Source: Podarcis muralis (lineage: Eukaryota). From it: 64,000 nt of DNA. Every line of letters starts with the position of its first letter. Positions within the stretch are counted from its first letter, which is position 1. The DNA lies in the NCBI RefSeq assembly GCF_964188315.1, contig NC_135656.1, positions 33,666,001-33,730,000 of the forward strand, given 5' to 3'. Below are positions 58,901 through 64,000 of this stretch, in pieces. The position numbers and the translations under genes were made by a program. Below the pieces are notes generated by a model, which worked only from the letters and a program-made list of their open reading frames with translations, made no database searches and was not told the origin of the DNA.

Positions 58901-61900
58901 GTTTTGTTGCTTAGAGATCCATGGGAGGGACCTCTTTGCCATAGCTGTATTCGGGTTTAGGATTGGCTGAGTGATGCAGAAAGCTGATTGGCCAGAGAAC
59001 AGGAGATTGACAGAAATGCCTCTAAGTCCAAGGAGGCATAAAATGTGTGGCGAACAGGAAAGTGTGTGTGGATTTGAGATTTGGGGGAGGAAATGTTTTA
59101 AAACTCCTTGACATACTCAGTGGGAGGGCTGTGCCCCAGTAGCCCTAATGAACCAGCCTTCACTGTCCTTATCACACCATTTTTACCCTGGCCATATAAA
59201 ATCTTTGTAGGCTCTGGCTTCCTTGCTGGAAATGGTGATCTCATTAAGTGGTATTAGGAATGAAAACATAATTCCTTCTCAGGTCACTGATCCAGGGCTG
59301 ATCATTCAACTTTCACTCTGTGTAGTGTGTAAATATATCATGCTGCTCTCATCCTGTCTCTTTGAAAACCTGACAACTGCCTTTCCTGAAGTTGTAAGAT
59401 AATGAAACCTTAGTACACAAGCCAGGCTTTGCCTCTGAGTGCTTGGTGAAGATGAGAAAGGTGAGAACAGTTTGGGCACAATGTAGGGAGAAACCTGTTC
59501 ATTAGTTTAATTCCTGTTCAGGGCCAGTGGAAGATAAGCTGCCCCCAGGTAAAATTTAATGACTATGGCAATGCCTTACTGACTATTCAGTGCATATGAT
59601 TTTCACTGAATTTTTTGCGAGAGAAGAAGGAAACTAAGAGCTTAGTGATCTTATTGAAAAGTCAGAGCTGTTGTCATCCAGGGCAGTATCTGTTTATGGA
59701 GGGCAGCAGTGGGTTCAGATTCTTACCAGCACCTAATATCTTCCTGTTATTGTCTGAGCACACACCAGCTTTGCGAATTCCATGCTCATTGGAGCAAATG
59801 GCGATCTTATTAAGTGGTATTATGAGTTTGAAGAGCAATCCTTTCTCAGCTTGGAAACAGAGTTAGTTGCTGTTAACAACTCTCACATTGGCCTTAACTG
59901 AAGCAAATGAACTCGCCTCCCCACCCCTGTTTTGCAGACTCCATCCACTTGGACTCAAGAGCACAGATAGCATTTCCTGGCTCATTACAAGGCAGTGGTG
60001 CCAAAGGTGTTTCTGGAAGCACCCTTGAGCTTTCATGCCAAACTCTTTGTGTTAGGCAGACAGATCCTAATTAGTATTTTGTACTGTTAACAGGCATGCA
60101 TCTGTTTTTTTTGTTTCTGCTACTTACAGGATTACATTACACTGTAGCCTTCTCCCGCTACTTAGTGTGGTTAATTCTCTTTGTGGCACAATGAACTTGG
60201 CAAATCAGAGATCAGAATCTCTTTATAATGGAGCAATAAATTTGAGGGAGCCGACTCACCTTAGTAAACTATGATTTTTAAAATCTGACACACAGTATGC
60301 CTGGCACAGGAGTTGCCTTGCTGTGCTCAGTGGTTTCATTCAGGCTGGCAGACATTAGTCTGTTCTGCTTCAGGTGTATGCTAAATTAAGATGACCATTG
60401 AAGATCATCTTGGGGACCTGCATTTTCCAGTGGTAGTGAACACAGTCCCTTTGTTTTGAAGACAGACACCTACTGAAACATCAGGCCAACAATATGGCAT
60501 AAGAAATGTTTGAAATCACCTAGGGCTTCAGAATACAAGTGTGATAAAGTCAGCAGCTCCAGACAGCTGGGGTAGAATCTGTTAGCCTTTTGGGCATGGT
60601 CTGGAAACAAAGGCTGGCATGATGTAGCAAACTCCTTGTCATAACAAATAAGAGGAAGAAGGGCACTGGGACACATTACCTGAAGTGGAGCAAGCTCCAG
60701 ATAAAAGCTCCTCTCAACGCAGATGCCTGGATCCATATTGACTCCTCTAGGGATCCCTCTTCATGCGTTCATTTAAAAAAAGATTTTCAAAATGCTGATC
60801 TTGTTTTCATATTAAAACGCATTCTAGCCTCAGTAATTCTGCCACTCTGGCAAGTGCGTTAATAGAATTATTGAAAATAAGCCTAGCTATGGCCCTGTTA
60901 TATTGCTGTTAGCTAAAGTAGTACGTGCGAAAGCTTGCAGATAATGCCTGGTGATGTGTTAGAAGCCAGAAGGAGTGGTTGCATAAGATTACCAGCAGTC
61001 GAACGCTAAATCAATGCCTTACCTTGCTCCATTACTAGCAGAAGCAGATCTGTGTATAAGAAGCAAATGTGTCATTCAACTATATATACGTAATATAATT
61101 TGTGTCACTTCATAAAACCGAAATAATGTTATGTAAGTTGGCTCTTAGCACAGAAAATGGTGTCAAGATCTTAAAGAGTTTCAGATAAGCTAATGTAGCT
61201 TTTTGCTCAGAGATGATCCCAAGGCAGCAGTGATGAATGTATTACTGGATCACAGAATTCAATAAATAGTTGTGTTTCACCTCATGCATTGGTTCAAGAA
61301 GTGCAAATCAGGTAGGTTTGCATTAAAATACAAACTGAACACATTTATTAACATGCCTAGTTAATTATTAAATAATCTAACCATAAACATTGATAAAGGA
61401 AATAACTTGTACTTAATATTCATTAAAAAGTTCTTCTAGCACTTCTCTGTTAATCTGTTTCCCACTTTATTAATTATTGTTCATTTTATTAAAAGAATTT
61501 CTAACCCACTGTTCATTGAGTAATCAATGAAGTCCTTTTGCTCTTTGTCTCTCCAGCTGCTTTACCACACATCCAGATTAATTCACTCATCCTTATTGTA
61601 TAGTGCTTGTCCTCCAAAATAACTTCATTGTCCTCCAAATTTGTTTCCTTTTGGTTGAATCCCATTGTCAGCTCCAATGCCCACAAATGGCCATAGTTAA
61701 GATTCCCAAATATCTAGTCCACCAATTCATTCAGTGTGTGCTTGTTACTGCTAAAACTTATTTAAATGGTCTCTTACCTCTCTAACTTCCCTGTTGCTCT
61801 TCTACTCCTTCAGTTCAACTTTCCCTCCCATCTCTGCAACTGCCTTGGGAAGCTAAGTGAGGTACCTGAACCTTTCTATTGGACCTTGATGGGGTTGTGT

Positions 61901-62324
61901 GTGTGTGCGCACACGCGCAGTTATTTTAAGCTAATATGGCCCAGACAATAGGATTGCTTGGATATTATCTGGTCTCAGAGCCAAGATGTCCCAATTATGA
62001 ATCTGCTCCCAGATGACCCTGACCACATGGCTGGTCTAAACTAGCTCCAGTGTTGCCTCTTTGTGTGTGCACATGTGCATGACAAACAGCCATGGGGGCT
62101 GCATGCAGCCTCAGAAAACTGGTTTGGTTTGGGGTATCATCTGCTCCCAGGAATATCTGTGAATGAATGATCGCACGGGAGTTTTCTATTCATTGCCTGT
62201 GCTGTCATCCACCAACCTGAGCCGATTGCATTTTTAGACTGGATAGATCAACTTTTGATCAGATCTTAATAAAGCCACTCTTAAGACCTGGAACACATAA
62301 AGGTGAAGTTGTGTTTTGCCTATA

Positions 62325-64000
62325 CAGTGGTACCCCGCAAGACGAATGCCTCGCAAGACGGAAAACCCGCAAGACGAAAGGGTTTTCTGTTTTGGAGGCG
62401 CTTCGCAAGACGAATTTCCCTATGGGCTTGCATCGCAAGACGAAAGCCCATAGGGAAATGCTGGCGGTCGGGAGCAAAGACTTTCGCCCACAGCCGGCCT
62501 TCACAAGAGGACCTCTTCTGAAGGCCGGCGGGGGGCAAAAGTCTTTGCTCCCCCCCGCCTGCCTTCCCCCCGCCTGCCGGGGGCGATCTTAAAATGCTGG
62601 CGGGCGGGAGCGAAGCGTTCGCTGCCGACCCCCAGCATTTTAAAATCTCCAAGGGACAGCAGAGAAGTCTCTGTCCCGGGGAGATTTTAAAATGCTGGGG
62701 GTCGGGAGCGAAGCGCTGCCGACCCCCTGCATTTTAAAATCTCCCCGTGTCCCGGGAAGGTTTTAAAATGCTGGGGGTCGGGAGCGAAGCGCTGCCGACC
62801 CCCTGCATTTTAAAATCTCCCCGTGTCCCGGGGAGGTTTTAAAATGCTGGGGGTCGGGAGCGAAGCGCTGCCGACCCCCAGCATTTTAAAACGCTGTTCC
62901 GAAGGGGGGGGGACACCTGCCCCAGCCGCCCCACTTCGGAAAGCTGTTCCGAAGCGGGGAGGGGGGGCGGGGACATCTGCCCCAGCCGCCCCACTTCGGA
63001 AAGCTGTTCCGAAGCGGGGAGGGGGGGGCGGGGACATCTGCCCCAGCCGCCCCACTTCGGAAAGCTGTTCCGAAGCGGGGAGGGGGGGCGGGGACATCTG
63101 CCCCAGCCGCCCCACTTCGGAAAGCTGTTCCGAAGCGGGGAGGGGGGGCGGGGACATCTGCCCCAGCCGCCCCACTTCGGAAAGCTGTTCCGAAGCGGGG
63201 AGGGGGGGCGGGGACATCTGCCCCAGCCGCCCCACTTCGGAAAGCTGTTCCGAAGCGGGGAGGGGGGGCGGGGACATCTGCCCCAGCCGCCCCACTTCGG
63301 AAAGCTGTTCCGAAGCGGGGAGGGGGGGGCGGGGACATCTGCCCCAGCCGCCCCACTTCGGAAAGCTGTTCCGAAGCGGGGAGGGGGGGCGGGGACATCT
63401 GCCCCAGCCGCCCCACTTCGGAAAGCTGTTCCGAAGCGGGGAGGGGGGGCGGGGACATCTGCCCCAGCCGCCCCACTTCGGAAAGCTGTTCCGAAGCGGG
63501 GAGGGGGGGCGGGGACATCTGCCCCAGCCGCCCCACTTCGGAAAGCTGTTCCGAAGCGGGGAGGGGGGGCGGGGACATCTGCCCCAGCCGCCCCACTTCG
63601 GAAAGCTGTTCCGAAGCGGGGAGGGGGGGCGGGGACATCTGCCCCAGCCGCCCCACTTCGGAAAGCTGTTCCGAAGCGGGGAGGGGGGGCGGGGACATCT
63701 GCCCCAGCCGCCCCACTTCGGAAAGCTGTTCCGAAGCGGGGAGGGGGGGCGGGGACATCTGCCCCAGCCGCCCCACTTCGGAAAGCTGTTCCGAAGCGGG
63801 GAGGGGGGGCGGGGACATCTGCCCCAGCCGCCCCACTTCGGAAAGCTGTTCCGAAGCGGGGAGGGGGGGCGGGGACACCTGCCCCAGCCGCCCCACTTCG
63901 GAAAGCTGTTCCGAAGCGGGGAGGGGGGGCGGGGACACCTGCCCCAGCCGCCCCACTTCGGAAAGCTGTTCCGAAGCGGGGAGGGGGGGCGGGGACACCT
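62325..64000. mobile_element. Tigger/pogo-like non-autonomous element with an internal satellite; right end beyond the window
   Basis: TA|CAGTGGTACCCCG terminus like the 2201 MITE; repeated subterminal CGCAAGACG(A/G)A; then palindromic ~70-bp repeats and a 60-bp array. Confidence 0.75.
62894..64000. repeat. G-rich minisatellite, ~18 near-identical copies of a 60(-61)-bp unit
   Basis: Unit gaaagctgttccgaagcggggagggggggcggggacatctgccccagccgccccacttcg; variation is almost only in G-run length and cacct/catct. Confidence 0.97.

Noticed and set aside
57256-62324. Final TMEM104 exon(s) (expected ...CQHSLPSL...)
   Set aside because: No matching sequence seen by eye; the gene presumably continues past the window.
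62810-63998. Long repetitive ORFs (370 aa and 161 aa, MSPPPLPASEQLSEVGRLGQ repeats)
   Set aside because: Artefact of a stop-free 60-bp (3n) tandem unit; frames shift with G-run length; no splice context.
62894-64000. CRISPR-like regular repeats
   Set aside because: No unique spacers, eukaryotic context, no cas genes.

Overview
Vertebrate genomic DNA from a squamate reptile, probably a lacertid lizard, judged from its Sauria SINEs and L2/CR1/MITE content. Three intron-containing genes are present. (1) At 414-1964 (+) are the last two coding exons of a polycystin-1 (PKD1)-family gene. It lies next to NAT9 rather than TSC2, so it is probably a PKD1 paralogue (pkd1b-like) that I do not know from the syntenic mammalian locus. 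(2) NAT9 is complete on the minus strand (6 coding exons, 209 aa). (3) TMEM104/SLC38A12 is on the plus strand, with 8 coding exons (730 nt) in the window and the rest beyond the right edge. NAT9 and TMEM104 are head-to-head across a CpG-island promoter at ~8.3-9.1 kb. Introns carry Sauria SINEs, L2/CR1/L1 fragments, hAT and Tc1/mariner MITEs and microsatellites. A minimal hammerhead-ribozyme-like motif lies at 113-146, and a G-rich palindromic 60-bp minisatellite grows out of a Tigger-like element at the right edge. There are two N gaps (213-396, 38443-38642). Gene and repeat identities come from recalled sequences, not database searches.
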